From an uncultured bacterium (lineage in GTDB: Bacteria > Chloroflexota > UBA5177 > JANWHV01), in the NCBI GenBank assembly GCA_963827235.1, contig CAWHAE010000012.1:960001-1024000 (forward strand): DNA of 64,000 nt. The letters are read 5' to 3'. Below the pieces are notes generated by a model. That model did not search any database. It was not told the origin of the DNA and was given only the letters and a program-made list of their open reading frames with translations. Positions 49,567-60,119 of the stretch are shown here, piece by piece (within the stretch, counting starts at the first letter, position 1; every line of letters begins with the position of its first letter). A program made the position numbers and the translations under genes.

Positions 49567-52500
49567 TCACGTGCTGAAGTCGCTTCCGGCGTACTGGGTG
49601 GACGTCACGGGGCGAGCGCGAGTTGCGCGGAGCACCACTCTACCGCTTTCCCGCACGGCACGCCCGCGCCGGACACTCGCCGGTCCGGCGGCATCGAAGA
49701 GATACTGCAGCAGAGCGCGGTCGGCCAGCAGGTGTGCGGCGCTGCACACGGTGAGGTAATCACCCTGCGCTGTCTCGTCCGCTACTTCAGTCACCATACT
49801 GCAGGTAGTCACACCCGGATGCAGTCCCGGGAAGCCCGCCAGACCGGCGTCGCCACTCTCGGGATCGTAGGTGCCCTTGTTAATCAGCACGTCTCGATCG
49901 TACGGTGCGGGAAAGCGGTCGGGCAGCCGTGACTGCAGGTGCGTTCGATAGCGCTCCGCGTGATCGCCGTTCCAGATCGCAAGCCTGTGATCGTCGGCGA
50001 TCGCCTCGACCAAGCGCTGGGCGATGGAGCTGCAGGCGCCGGCATGCTCGGGATAGCGCTCGGGCGTGGGGGACGGCACGTAGGCGTAGATCAGGCATTG
50101 CGGTATCCAGAACGCCTGGTACCAGGGGCTGCACTGACCGGAGAACAACTGCTCCCAGACGTGAGAGGGAAAGCCGTGGTTGTCGCATACCACGTCCGGC
50201 GCCCACCGGCTCCAGACGGACGGCAGCACCATCGCCTCTGTATGGCGAGTGGCGGCATCGCCGTATGCCGCGGCATATTCCAGGCCGGAGGCGTTGTAGC
50301 GGGCGGCGTGGAGCATCCAGGTTGGATGCTCAGCCCTCAGCTCATCGTAGACGTCCATGCCGTCGACATTCTCGGCCGGCACGACCACGACGTTCACGCG
50401 TTGCAGGTACCGCCGCCAGTTGTCATCCGAGCCGAGAAGCTGGATGAGTCGCAGGAGCGCACCGGTGCTGGAAGGCTCATTCGCGTGGTGCCGGCCGTTG
50501 AGCAACAACGTGCACTTCCAGCCACTCATCTTGGCACGAGACCACCAGCCGGTTCCGCGCGGCACCGTGACCTCGACCGCCACCACGTCGCGGCCACGCG
50601 CGGATCGCCCTGCCCGATAGACATGCACTCCCGGCAGGCGGCCAAGCCGCGATATCGACGCTTCCACCTCCGCACGTGATAGCACTCGATCGAGGGGCAC
50701 CGTCGAGGAGAGTGCCGCGCCGACATCGGCCTCCTCGACTCCGGTCAACACGAACGGGCCGACGGCACCCGGCACCGCGGAACCGGCGGCCGGCCCTTTT
50801 CGCAGAGGGCCTGTCGTCGAGTCGGGTCCGGGTGCCGGCTCTTGCGCCTGCATCCCTCTCGCATGGAGGATGTTCCTCCGGCCGTCGAGCGTGCCGGCGT
50901 CCGGGATAACGTCCAGGCTCCAGCCCACCGGCATGCCGAGGTCCGGAAAGGACGGCGAGGCCGCCGCCAGATCGGCCCAGCCGGAGAGGATGGCCTGCGC
51001 CTGCTCGCGATCCGCGGCAGGTCCGTCGATGGTCAGAAGCAGGCAGGGCGCGCTGCCGCCGGCCTTTACGTCGATGCCGGCGATGCGTGCCTCGGCTGCC
51101 GGCGCGGCGCGGAGGTCGAGCTCACCGGCCACGTCTCCCCGGCGCCAGGTGGCGGTGCATCCGGGCTCCGCTGCCGTGAGGCGCGCCAGCAAGCGCCCGG
51201 CGGCGCCGTCGTGGCGGTGAATGCGCGGCACGATCAATCCCGGCGCCGTCCAGCTGCGAGCATTGCGGCGAAAGCGATCGGGGTCGCCCGTCGCGATCCA
51301 CGGCGGCAGATAGGGATCGCCGGCGCTCGACGAACTGATCAGAGCCGTGCAGTAATCCAGCAGCATGAAGTACAGGTCTTCGTGCAGGCTCTCGAGCGGG
51401 CTGCTGCGCTCTTCGCGTACACCGATGGCCTCGTCCTCCTCGCTCAGCCACACGTCGATCGCCAGCTCGCCGAAGAACGGCTGCAGCTCGCGACGCGGCA
51501 GTCCGTTGCAGGCCCTGCCGATCTCGGCTGCCAGCCGGGGCAGCAAGGACTCCTGAACGTGGTCCCATACCCGCTCGGGATCCGTACGCACGCGCACGTC
51601 GACAATCGGGCTGCCGTCGAGCTCGAGCCGTACACAACCTGTCGCCGGATGGACCATGCCCCACTCCGGAAAGGGCTGGAGGTAGCGACGTGCCACGAAG
51701 GTCGCGTTGAAGCCCCGCTGCATCAGCACATTGCCGTCCACATCCTTGGCCACCACGTCGTAGGTCTCCGGCAGGTCGTCAACCAGCACGATGTCGATGG
51801 CAGCCAACGGGAGGTTCAGGCGCTCGGCCAGGAGCTCATCGACCGGGAACAGATCCTGGAGCCATCGTATCGGCAGCTCGAGCGACGGCGTATCCACCAC
51901 GAACGACTGCACGCGAATCAGGATCCGAGCCACCGGTAAGCGCACGATCGACGGGAGAAGCTCTTCCAGAATCCAGGCACGCCCTTGATGGTAGACCGGC
52001 AGTATACGCACCTGGGTATCGGATGCCTTACGACCCGAGGCCCGAATCTCGCGCAGAAGCAGGCGCCGCATGGCAGCCCGTCGTCCGGACGGCTCGCTCA
52101 GGCGAATGTCGAGGAACCAGGCGTCCGATCCCTCGGGCAGTGCGGCGATGGCAGGCAGTACACTGCTTCGCAGCGTCTGCCATGCCTCGTCGACCTCCCA
52201 GGTCAATGCCGTCGTCTCACACAGCAGCTCCGCGGCTTCTGCCGCGCCAACAAGTACCCCGCACGGATCGTCGGGCAGTGCCGTGTGAAGCCATTGGCGC
52301 GCACAGGCCTGCACGACTTCATGCTCGACCGGCCAACGGGCCGGGACGTTTACCTCTATATGCAGCGGTTGCCGTATGTGCCGTGGCAATGCCGCGCGTG
52401 CCTCGAGCTCCGCGGGAAGAGACTGAATCGCGGGCAGCAGAGCACAGATGGTCGTCATGGGACCGGCAAGAGCGAACAGGCGATGCAACGACCGCTCGAC

Positions 52501-53466
52501 GTCCGCCAGCGCCGGCCGTCCTCGAAGGGACCACGCGTCGAGGGCGGCAAGAGCTTCGAGCGCCGCCAGACGGCCTTGCCCGCTACCCGCGACCCGGATA
52601 GCCGGGCCGGTAGCCGGAGTCTGGAGCCTGATGGTGCCCTCACCTTCGGTGTCCTGTGCGTTCGACAGCGGCTCGACGACGATACGCGCGCCGCCGGCCC
52701 CAGACAATGCCAGGTCACCGGCATGGATCGCCAGCGGAAACGAGGCGCCGAGGCTCTCCAGGCCCAGCCTGGCTCCCAGGTGCGCCAGGGCCGCAGCCTC
52801 GGCAGCCGACAGGTCGTCCGGGATCACGATCACCGCTCGCATCTGGTCCGGTAGCAGGTCGCCGTCAGTATCGAGAGAGAGTCCACCTGGGCCAAACAGG
52901 TCGGCGAGCGAACGCAGCGGAGGCATGGCGTGGCCGGTCTCCAACGAGAGAACGGTGGTGGATGTCGCGGCCAGGATGTGCAAGACCTCCGTGCCGTCGT
53001 CGCGCCTGACGTCGCCGGCGGCCAAGGTATCAAGACCAGTCACGAGCGCGCGGACGGCGGCGGCGAGCCCCGGCCCGTCGCCACCGGCAACCAAGAGGCT
53101 CGGACATGGCGTCTGCAGCGTGGCGACCACCCCATCACCGGGATCGAGGCCGTCGACCAGCGTCACAAATGAGGCGGGACAGAGCAAGGCCAGGGTGCCA
53201 GGCCTGCCGATGAAGCAGGCAATGCGATCGGCGGCCAGCCCGGGCGGATCGCATTCCAGCAGAGGGAGCTGCACTGCCATGCTCTCGAAAGCCAAGCGCG
53301 CTGCGAAGTCCACCGCCGCGCAGTGCTCCGGCAGGTTCGCGCCGGACCCGAGGACTAGTCGAGCGCGAATCATCTCGGGCAGGCCGTCGCCGTCGTAATC
53401 GGCGAGCAGACCTGAAGGCAGGAAGAGGTTGGCCAGGGTCAGGCGGCCGTCGATATCGGGCGTCAT
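49567..53466 (-). CDS. Large M14-family zinc metallopeptidase (1299 aa)
   Basis: ATG 53466 overlaps the upstream permease stop (ATGA). C-terminal M14 motifs GRS..GR, GRHHANE, NVDG, HAARYNA, DNHG, TEV. No signal peptide. Confidence 0.87.
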   Translation of the reverse strand: MTPDIDGRLTLANLFLPSGLLADYDGDGLPEMIRARLVLGSGANLPEHCAAVDFAARLAFESMAVQLPLLECDPPGLAADRIACFIGRPGTLALLCPASFVTLVDGLDPGDGVVATLQTPCPSLLVAGGDGPGLAAAVRALVTGLDTLAAGDVRRDDGTEVLHILAATSTTVLSLETGHAMPPLRSLADLFGPGGLSLDTDGDLLPDQMRAVIVIPDDLSAAEAAALAHLGARLGLESLGASFPLAIHAGDLALSGAGGARIVVEPLSNAQDTEGEGTIRLQTPATGPAIRVAGSGQGRLAALEALAALDAWSLRGRPALADVERSLHRLFALAGPMTTICALLPAIQSLPAELEARAALPRHIRQPLHIEVNVPARWPVEHEVVQACARQWLHTALPDDPCGVLVGAAEAAELLCETTALTWEVDEAWQTLRSSVLPAIAALPEGSDAWFLDIRLSEPSGRRAAMRRLLLREIRASGRKASDTQVRILPVYHQGRAWILEELLPSIVRLPVARILIRVQSFVVDTPSLELPIRWLQDLFPVDELLAERLNLPLAAIDIVLVDDLPETYDVVAKDVDGNVLMQRGFNATFVARRYLQPFPEWGMVHPATGCVRLELDGSPIVDVRVRTDPERVWDHVQESLLPRLAAEIGRACNGLPRRELQPFFGELAIDVWLSEEDEAIGVREERSSPLESLHEDLYFMLLDYCTALISSSSAGDPYLPPWIATGDPDRFRRNARSWTAPGLIVPRIHRHDGAAGRLLARLTAAEPGCTATWRRGDVAGELDLRAAPAAEARIAGIDVKAGGSAPCLLLTIDGPAADREQAQAILSGWADLAAASPSFPDLGMPVGWSLDVIPDAGTLDGRRNILHARGMQAQEPAPGPDSTTGPLRKGPAAGSAVPGAVGPFVLTGVEEADVGAALSSTVPLDRVLSRAEVEASISRLGRLPGVHVYRAGRSARGRDVVAVEVTVPRGTGWWSRAKMSGWKCTLLLNGRHHANEPSSTGALLRLIQLLGSDDNWRRYLQRVNVVVVPAENVDGMDVYDELRAEHPTWMLHAARYNASGLEYAAAYGDAATRHTEAMVLPSVWSRWAPDVVCDNHGFPSHVWEQLFSGQCSPWYQAFWIPQCLIYAYVPSPTPERYPEHAGACSSIAQRLVEAIADDHRLAIWNGDHAERYRTHLQSRLPDRFPAPYDRDVLINKGTYDPESGDAGLAGFPGLHPGVTTCSMVTEVADETAQGDYLTVCSAAHLLADRALLQYLFDAAGPASVRRGRAVRESGRVVLRATRARPVTSTQYAGSDFST

Positions 53467-54368
53467 CGGTCGTCCCGCGAGAGCCGGGGATCGAGCGTGT
53501 CGCGCAGCCAATCGCCCATGATGTTGATTCCCAGTGCGCTGAGCATGATGGCAATGCCCGGGAACGTAGCTATCCACCAGGCGCTGCTCAAGTAGACGTG
53601 GCCATCGCTGAGCATACCGCCCCAGGTCGGAGTTTGAGGGCTGATGCCGAGGCCGAGAAAGGTCAGCGCTGCCTCGAACAGAATGTTGATGCTGAGGTTC
53701 AGCGTTACCAGGACGATGACGGATGACGCCACGCCGGGGAGAACGTGCCGAACGAGCACGCGTGGCGCGCTTGCCCCGATGGCCACGGCTGCCAGCACAT
53801 AGCCTTGCTCCCGTGAGCTCAGCACCTGGCTTCGCACCACGCGGGCATAGTCCATCCATCCGCCGAGGGCCAGCACGAGAATCAGGTTCTGGGCACCGGT
53901 GCCAAAGAGCGTGAGCACGACCAGTGCCAGCAGGATCATGGGAAAGGCGAGCTGGATATCGGTCCAGCGCATGATCACCGCGCCGGCGACGCCGCCGAAG
54001 TAACCGGAAATCAGCCCAAGTGTGACTCCCAGCATGCAGGCAATCGACACTGCAAGCAGTGCAATGAGGACCGAGGGACGCGTGCCGAAGACGATCTGCC
54101 TCAGTACGTCGTGACCGATGGCGTCGGTGCCCAACAAGTGGCCGGGGCTGCCGGGGGCGAGGAGGCGTGCGTTGAGATCAATTGCTTGCGGGTCACCGGG
54201 CGTGATGAGCTGCGGCACCGCGATGCACACGATCATCGCAGCCAGAATGACGCCGCCGAAGTACAACCCAAAATTGGTGCGGGACCATAAGCGGCCTCGC
54301 CGAATCGCGATGATCGGCGCGTCGTCGATGCTCGACAGCGCTTGTTTGCTGATCACGGTATGTCCCAA
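53463..54368 (-). CDS. Peptide ABC transporter permease (OppC/DppC-like)
   Basis: HLLGTDAIG.D, ARVVRSQVLS.RE..YV.AA...GA...RHVLP, EAALTFLGLG, GDWLRD.LDPR. Confidence 0.93.
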   Translation of the reverse strand: MGHTVISKQALSSIDDAPIIAIRRGRLWSRTNFGLYFGGVILAAMIVCIAVPQLITPGDPQAIDLNARLLAPGSPGHLLGTDAIGHDVLRQIVFGTRPSVLIALLAVSIACMLGVTLGLISGYFGGVAGAVIMRWTDIQLAFPMILLALVVLTLFGTGAQNLILVLALGGWMDYARVVRSQVLSSREQGYVLAAVAIGASAPRVLVRHVLPGVASSVIVLVTLNLSINILFEAALTFLGLGISPQTPTWGGMLSDGHVYLSSAWWIATFPGIAIMLSALGINIMGDWLRDTLDPRLSRDDR

Positions 54369-55289
54369 TCAAGAGTACTGGATGCGGGGATCGAGGAAGG
54401 CATAGCTGATATCGACCAGGAGGTTGACAAGGATCAGAAGAGCCGCGAGCACCAGAACGCTGGCCTGCACGAGGGGGAAGTCACCTTGGTTGACCGCCCC
54501 CAACGCCAGCTGGCCAACGCCGGGCCATGAGAAGACCTGCTCGATGATCACGGCTCCGCCGAGCAACGTACCGAACTGGAACCCGAGGTACGTCACCACG
54601 GGAAGCAGGGCGTTCCATACGACATGTTTGCCGAGAACGCGGATTCGGGGAGCGCCCTTGGCGCGGGCTGTACGCACGTAGTCCTCGCGGAGCACCTCGA
54701 GCACGCTGGAGCGGATCAGCCGCGTGGAGATGCCGGCCAGGATGATACCGAGAGTAAGCGCGGGCATGACCAGATACTGGGGTCCTCCGTACCCCGATGG
54801 CGGTAGCCAGTTCAGCCGAACAGCGAATACCAGGATCAGCATGATGCCGAGCCAGAAGTTGGGGAACGACACGCCGACCAGGGCAAACAGCCTGGCGGCG
54901 AAATCCAGACCGGAGTTCCGCCGCGTGGCCGAGAGGATGCCGAGCGGAAATGAGATCAGCAACGAGACGGCCATGGCCGATACCGTGAGCACCAGCGTGG
55001 CAGGCAGATGATCCATCACCAGTTGCAGCGCCGGGCTTTGATAATAGTAGGACGTTCCGAGATCGCCCTGAACGGCCCGGAACAGGAACTTGAGGTACTG
55101 GGCAGGAAGCGGCGTGTCGAGCCCGAGCTGCGCGCGCATCGCCAGGATGTCGGCGCGAGTCGGCGTACCGCCGCGCAGCATGGCCGCGGCCGGATCGCCG
55201 GTCAGATGCAGCGCCACGAACACGATCAGCGAGATGCCCAGAAGGACAAAGATGCTTTGCGCCACACGCCGCAGAATGTAGGCAATCAT
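54369..55289 (-). CDS. Peptide ABC transporter permease (OppB/DppB-like)
   Basis: YILRR, GDLGTS, PNFWLG, EDYVRTARAKG, EQVFSWPGVG, LDPRI. Confidence 0.94.
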   Translation of the reverse strand: MIAYILRRVAQSIFVLLGISLIVFVALHLTGDPAAAMLRGGTPTRADILAMRAQLGLDTPLPAQYLKFLFRAVQGDLGTSYYYQSPALQLVMDHLPATLVLTVSAMAVSLLISFPLGILSATRRNSGLDFAARLFALVGVSFPNFWLGIMLILVFAVRLNWLPPSGYGGPQYLVMPALTLGIILAGISTRLIRSSVLEVLREDYVRTARAKGAPRIRVLGKHVVWNALLPVVTYLGFQFGTLLGGAVIIEQVFSWPGVGQLALGAVNQGDFPLVQASVLVLAALLILVNLLVDISYAFLDPRIQYS

Positions 55290-55310
55290 CGGACCTCATT
55301 TTCGTTACCG

Positions 55311-55351
55311 GCGCGGCCGGCCGCACGGGCATCGCATGCGGCCAGCCGCGC
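55311..55351. other. Intergenic hairpin between the binding-protein and permease genes
   Basis: GCGCGGCCGGCCGCA...TGCGGCCAGCCGCGC; position typical of mRNA-stabilising stems after binding-protein genes (inference). Confidence 0.4.
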
Positions 55352-55386
55352 TTCAGATGCGCCGGCGGAGAGCGCGCGAGACAAGC

Positions 55387-56970
55387 CTATTTGAGCGACA
55401 TATCGAGCAGCTCGAGGCGATCGTCGGGCGGTGCCACGAAGTTCTCCACGTTGCTGCTGGCCGCCCAGAGATTCACGCTCTGGAATAGCACTACGTTGGG
55501 CGCGTCCTGATACAGGATGGCGTCCAGTTGCTTGTAGAGCGCGAGTCGCTTGCCCTGATCCAGCGTGGACCGCGCATTGTCGAGTAGGCTATCAACCTTG
55601 GGATTCATGTATCCCGGGTTGTAGAACTCGTTGGAGTGGTAGAGCGAGTACGCCGTATTGTCGAAGTCGAGCGTCCATCCGCCCCAGACGAATGACGACA
55701 TGTTGCCGTATTTGCCCTGCGGGATGTCCGTGTTGTAGAGCACGGTCGGCGAGATGGTGTTCAGGGTGACGTTGAGTCCCACCTGCTGGAGCTCAGCCAC
55801 GACAACTTCGGCGATCTGCTTGAAGACCGTGTCTGTACCGTCGATGGTGAAAGTCAGGGTCGCTGTGCCGCTCAGGTGTGCTTGGGCGAGAAGCGCCTTG
55901 GCCTTGGCGGGGTCGTAGGGATACGGTGCCTGGCTGGGGTCGTAGCCGAAGCTGAGCGGGCTTTGCCAGGTGGCTACTTGCTTCCCATAGCCGTTGAGCA
56001 CCGACTTGATGATGCTTGCCGTGTCGATGGCATAGTTGATCGCCTGGCGTACGAGCACGTTGTTCGTGGGACTGATGCGGCCGTTGAGGAAGATGCCCTC
56101 GACGGTAGTGCTGCCCACGGGATAGAGATGCAGACTGCTCGACGAGTTAATCACGCTCGCCTGGCCGATTGCCACCTTCTGCATGATGTCGATGTGGCCG
56201 GTCTGCAACTCGGCAAGCCTCGTCGCATCGTCTGGGATGAAGCGATAGATGACCTTCGCCATCTTGGCCGGCCCGCGCCAGTACTTGTCGAAGCGCACCA
56301 GGTCGACTTCGGAGTTCGGGACGTATTTCGTAACCATGTATGGACCCGTGCCGACGGGATGGCTGCCGAAATAGGTGTCGCCGTGCTTCTTGATGTAGGC
56401 AGGCGGCACGATCATCGCGCCGTAGCCGGCGAGCTTGGTGACGAGCACGGGATCCGGTGACGTCGTGACAAAGTCGACAGTGTATTGGTCGACGACGTTC
56501 ACTTGCTTGATAGTCTTGTACTGGAAGTACTGGGCACCCTTCTGCCCGAGCGGACCCAGCAGCCGGTCGAACGTGTACTTGACCGCGGCGGCATCGAACC
56601 GCTCGCCGTCCTGGAAAGTCACGCCTTTGCGCAGGGTGAATTGAAGCGTGTTCGGGTTCAGGTACTTCCAATCGGTAGCGAGACCGAGGTCCTTATGGAT
56701 CTTGAGATCCGGGCCTCGATAGACGAGGGCGTCGAAGATGTTGGACGCGATCATCCCCCACGCCAGGGTGAACGTGGCGATCGGATCGAAGTTCTGGGGA
56801 TCGCCGTACTGCGAGCCGATGATCAGGGTTGACTTGTCGTGATTGATCGCGGCAGGTCGTGCCGCGTGCACCGAAGCGCTCCAGCTGGCTCCTCGCGAAA
56901 GGACGAGCAAGCTGGATAGAGCGAGGATTGCGATGACTCTGAGTCCCGAGCGTCGACGTGCTGCCTGCAT
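55387..56970 (-). CDS. Peptide ABC transporter substrate-binding protein (family 5, OppA/DppA-like)
   Basis: AGGAGG RBS and signal peptide; LATDW...FTLRKGVTFQDG, PVGTGPY, VRQAINYAID, YDPAKAKALL. Confidence 0.94.
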   Translation of the reverse strand: MQAARRRSGLRVIAILALSSLLVLSRGASWSASVHAARPAAINHDKSTLIIGSQYGDPQNFDPIATFTLAWGMIASNIFDALVYRGPDLKIHKDLGLATDWKYLNPNTLQFTLRKGVTFQDGERFDAAAVKYTFDRLLGPLGQKGAQYFQYKTIKQVNVVDQYTVDFVTTSPDPVLVTKLAGYGAMIVPPAYIKKHGDTYFGSHPVGTGPYMVTKYVPNSEVDLVRFDKYWRGPAKMAKVIYRFIPDDATRLAELQTGHIDIMQKVAIGQASVINSSSSLHLYPVGSTTVEGIFLNGRISPTNNVLVRQAINYAIDTASIIKSVLNGYGKQVATWQSPLSFGYDPSQAPYPYDPAKAKALLAQAHLSGTATLTFTIDGTDTVFKQIAEVVVAELQQVGLNVTLNTISPTVLYNTDIPQGKYGNMSSFVWGGWTLDFDNTAYSLYHSNEFYNPGYMNPKVDSLLDNARSTLDQGKRLALYKQLDAILYQDAPNVVLFQSVNLWAASSNVENFVAPPDDRLELLDMSLK

Positions 56971-57518
56971 TGCCCCCTCCTACATCCAAGCACTGATCTC
57001 AAGCTCGCATATCTTTGCGTCCGTCCGACAACCGATTACCCGCTAACTCATTGGCGTGTCCCTCCGTCGATAGCGATGAGTGCTCCTACCGGCCGCCTAT
57101 GGTGGACGAAGCATGGTGGAAGTGGCAAGGATCCGCTTGCCGCTCAAGAGCGGTGTGGACTATGCGCCGACGCGCACGTGCACGCGCCATCGCCACGAGT
57201 AATCAGGCATCACTGCTTGGGGGAAGCACTTTGTGGGCGCAGGCCATGCGCCGATCGTGACCGTCTTGGCCGCTAGGACCGGTAGATGCCGGCGCCTATC
57301 GTTGCGCCGAGTCGGGCGACAATTGTCCGGCTCCGGCTGCCGCAGCGCGCCGGATCACCTCGACGTTACCGCTCCAGTCAAGGTCTGCTGTCGCGTCCGA
57401 GCGGGTGCTATTCGGTCCCAACCGGCCAAGCCGCGCCGGCCCAGGCTCGGCGCCGCAGGTACGGACCCACACCTGCCCAACAACTTTGGAGTGTGCAGAC
57501 TGTAGCCTCCGCGTTTCC

Positions 57519-57539
57519 CATGGATACATATATACCATG
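57519..57539. promoter_or_regulatory. AT-rich palindromic operator/promoter upstream of the ABC operon
   Basis: CATGG-ATACATATATA-CCATG in a GC-rich background. Confidence 0.4.
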
Positions 57540-58452
57540 TTGAGCCCGATGTAACTCTCTAAACTCGTGCCGCGTAGCAACCCGTAGGCCCGGCGTTCAT
57601 GCAGGAACGATAGCAGGAAGGTCCCACCGCGGCTGGCGTCGGGCGCAGGAACCTGAGCCGGCGAGCCCGCAGCGCCGGCAAGAAGGAAGTCTCCGGGTCA
57701 CCCGAGTTTCCCGCCACATTGGTGTCTCGTCAGCCGCCGCCATGGGCACAAGCGTCACCGGCGATCGGGGACAGAAGTCATGGCACTGAGGAGCGCTTCG
57801 ACTCCTGCGATCGTGGGATCGCGCTGCCATAATAGCCACAGTAGAGCAAGCAACTACTTGTCCAACCTCCAGGCCGCGCTAGAGTAGGCCGCAGGGAACG
57901 GACGACAGTAGCGGCCATCAGCTACGCCAATCACCTTTCGTCCATGCTCAGGCGCAGCCCGGCAGTAGAAAGGCCAGATCGATGATCCACCCGTCTTTTC
58001 ATTCTCCCACGGTCGTGCTGGCGCGACTGCGTTCCTGGCTGCCGGGCTGGACAGGGCTTCATCAGTCGCGGCCGCCCGCGCGTCACCTCTGGATCGTGAG
58101 GCCGGAAACGGAGCCTTCGCCGTCAGAGGACCAAGTACATGAGCCGCAAGAAAGGAGAGCTCGCACGGGTGGTCGGCGGCCACCTGCGTGAGTGCTTCGT
58201 TCGCGACCTGCTGGTAGCCGGCCGGGCGGCGTGTCGCGAAGCGGCGATCTGCCTTCTGCCAGCGCCGCCGACGGAAGCGCGCGGTGCGGCAAGTATCTGG
58301 TCCGCGGCACGTCGGCCGAGGCCTTGCAGCGGTAAGTCGGCGGCTGGACGGGCGGGTCGCGACCGAGCCGGTCAAGATGCCGCGTCCAGCCGCGCAAGTC
58401 GGCGCGAGGTCGTTCCAGGTCCGGTAGGCGACGGGCGTCCTGCTATAGCTCT

Positions 58453-59151
58453 TCAGGTAAACAACCCCACACCTGTGGGGAATTCTACTCTGGTGCTGCC
58501 AGTCCGAAACTCGGAATCATTATCTGACGACCTATAGCGATTCCCAGCCACTTCGAAGCGGCGGTTGACCTCTATCCAGTTGACCGCATTCCACCAGGCT
58601 GCGATGTAGTCCGGACGCCGGTTCTGGTACTGCAGGTAGTACGCGTGTTCCCACACGTCTAGCGTCAGCAGGGGCGTGCGTCCCTCGGAGAGAGGCGTGT
58701 CCTGATTCGCCGTCGCTTCCACCAGGAGGGTGCCCGTGTCGTCCAAGCTGAGCCAGGCCCAGCCGCTGCCGAAGCGCGCAGACGCGGCTTTGCTCAGCCG
58801 CTCCTTGAAAGCCTCGAAGCCGCCGAAGTCCCGGGCGACGGCCCGTGCGAGCGAACCACCTGCCTCGCCACCACCGTTCGGCCCCATTATCTGCCAGTAC
58901 AGAGAGTGATTGGCATGCCCTCCGCCATTGTTTTGGACAGCGGTCCGGATCGACTCGGGCACGCGGTCGAGGTGCGCGAGCAGGTCCTCGACGGGAAGGG
59001 CTGCCAGATCGTCGTGGCCTTCGAGCGCGGCGTTCAGGTTGTTTACATATGTCTGGTGATGCTTGTCATGGTGGAAGTGCAGCGTCCGCTCGTCGATGTA
59101 GGGTTCGAGGGCACCATATTCGTACGGCAGGGGTGCCAGGCTATAGCTCAT
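58453..59151 (-). CDS. sodA: Superoxide dismutase [Mn/Fe], Mn-type signatures
   Basis: [50 protein letters not shown]. Confidence 0.96.
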   Translation of the reverse strand: MSYSLAPLPYEYGALEPYIDERTLHFHHDKHHQTYVNNLNAALEGHDDLAALPVEDLLAHLDRVPESIRTAVQNNGGGHANHSLYWQIMGPNGGGEAGGSLARAVARDFGGFEAFKERLSKAASARFGSGWAWLSLDDTGTLLVEATANQDTPLSEGRTPLLTLDVWEHAYYLQYQNRRPDYIAAWWNAVNWIEVNRRFEVAGNRYRSSDNDSEFRTGSTRVEFPTGVGLFT

Positions 59152-59714
59152 CCGTGCAGTCTCCTTTTCCTCGCAGGCACTATCACTCTCACACGCATCG
59201 TGTGAGACGGGTCGCTGATGGTCCCTGCATCGGACACGGGCGGCGTACGCGGTGCCGGACGGATGACCATTGCTCCGAATATGTGTGCCAGCGACGCCGT
59301 CTCAGTCGGCCGGGAGCGACCGACTGCCGTCTGCCCCGAGGTACCGCCACTGCTGTCCAGTGCACAGAGCCACCGACAACATACATCCATTTCACAGGGA
59401 GAGGGAGGGGGACATGACGTGGCGCGCGGCAGCAGACATCCCCGGGCGGGTCGGCGGCAACGATGGTCAAGGTGACAATGCCGTCCTGCAGGCCGCCATC
59501 CGCGGTGCCGATAATGCCGCGCTGCTCACCACACAGACCTCGCTGGTGTTCTCCGCCGATCGCTGCCATCCGGATGGCAGCAAATGCCGCACCGAGCTGC
59601 TGCCGAGGAGCATATCCAAGCAGCTGCCCGCGGGAGCGCGCAGCATCGTCGTCGATATGCACGGTGTGCAGGGTTCCACCAACCGTGCCCCGGACTTATC
59701 CGGGGAACGGCGAC

Positions 59715-60119
59715 TCAGGCGATTTGCCGGCCCGCGGCCGGCCCGGCCGACTGGTCGTAGATGGCCTCGACGGCGATCTTCACAACGTACTTCGGCGCCG
59801 GCAGCGCGGGCATCTTCTGCCGCAGCTCCTCGGACACCTGGTCGTAGAGCGGACCGGACACGATGAGCTCTGCCATGCCCTTGATCTGGAAGCCGGCGTT
59901 CGTGGCCGGATCAATCACCGTCACCGCCACCTTGGGGTTTTGCTCCAGATTCTGCCGCGTCTTGAGCGAGAACAGGTCGGCGAAGAGGAGGTGCTGATCG
60001 TCGAGCTCGCGCAACGACCCCTTCGGCGTCGTGTTGGGGGTGCCATCGGCGGCCGCCGTGGCCACCCAGGCCAGCTTTCCGGGCAGGAAGTCCCGGACCT
60101 GAGGCGGGATCGTGACCAT
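59715..60119 (-). CDS. Pyridoxamine 5'-phosphate oxidase-like FMN-binding protein
   Basis: VATAAADGTPN..PKGS...KT..NL..NPKVAV...GFQIKG. Confidence 0.88.
   Translation of the reverse strand: MVTIPPQVRDFLPGKLAWVATAAADGTPNTTPKGSLRELDDQHLLFADLFSLKTRQNLEQNPKVAVTVIDPATNAGFQIKGMAELIVSGPLYDQVSEELRQKMPALPAPKYVVKIAVEAIYDQSAGPAAGRQIA

Noticed and set aside
53467-53859. N-terminal extension of the 1430-aa ORF
   Set aside because: Overlaps the permease gene out of frame; ATG 53466 gives the ATGA coupling.
57601-57685. GCAGGAA direct repeats
   Set aside because: Irregular spacing (12, 32, 33 bp) and no associated gene; plausible by chance.
59414-59700. Possible gene after a strong RBS (MTWRAAAD...)
   Set aside because: No recognisable family, and the frame runs into the convergent gene; probably a relic that I cannot support.
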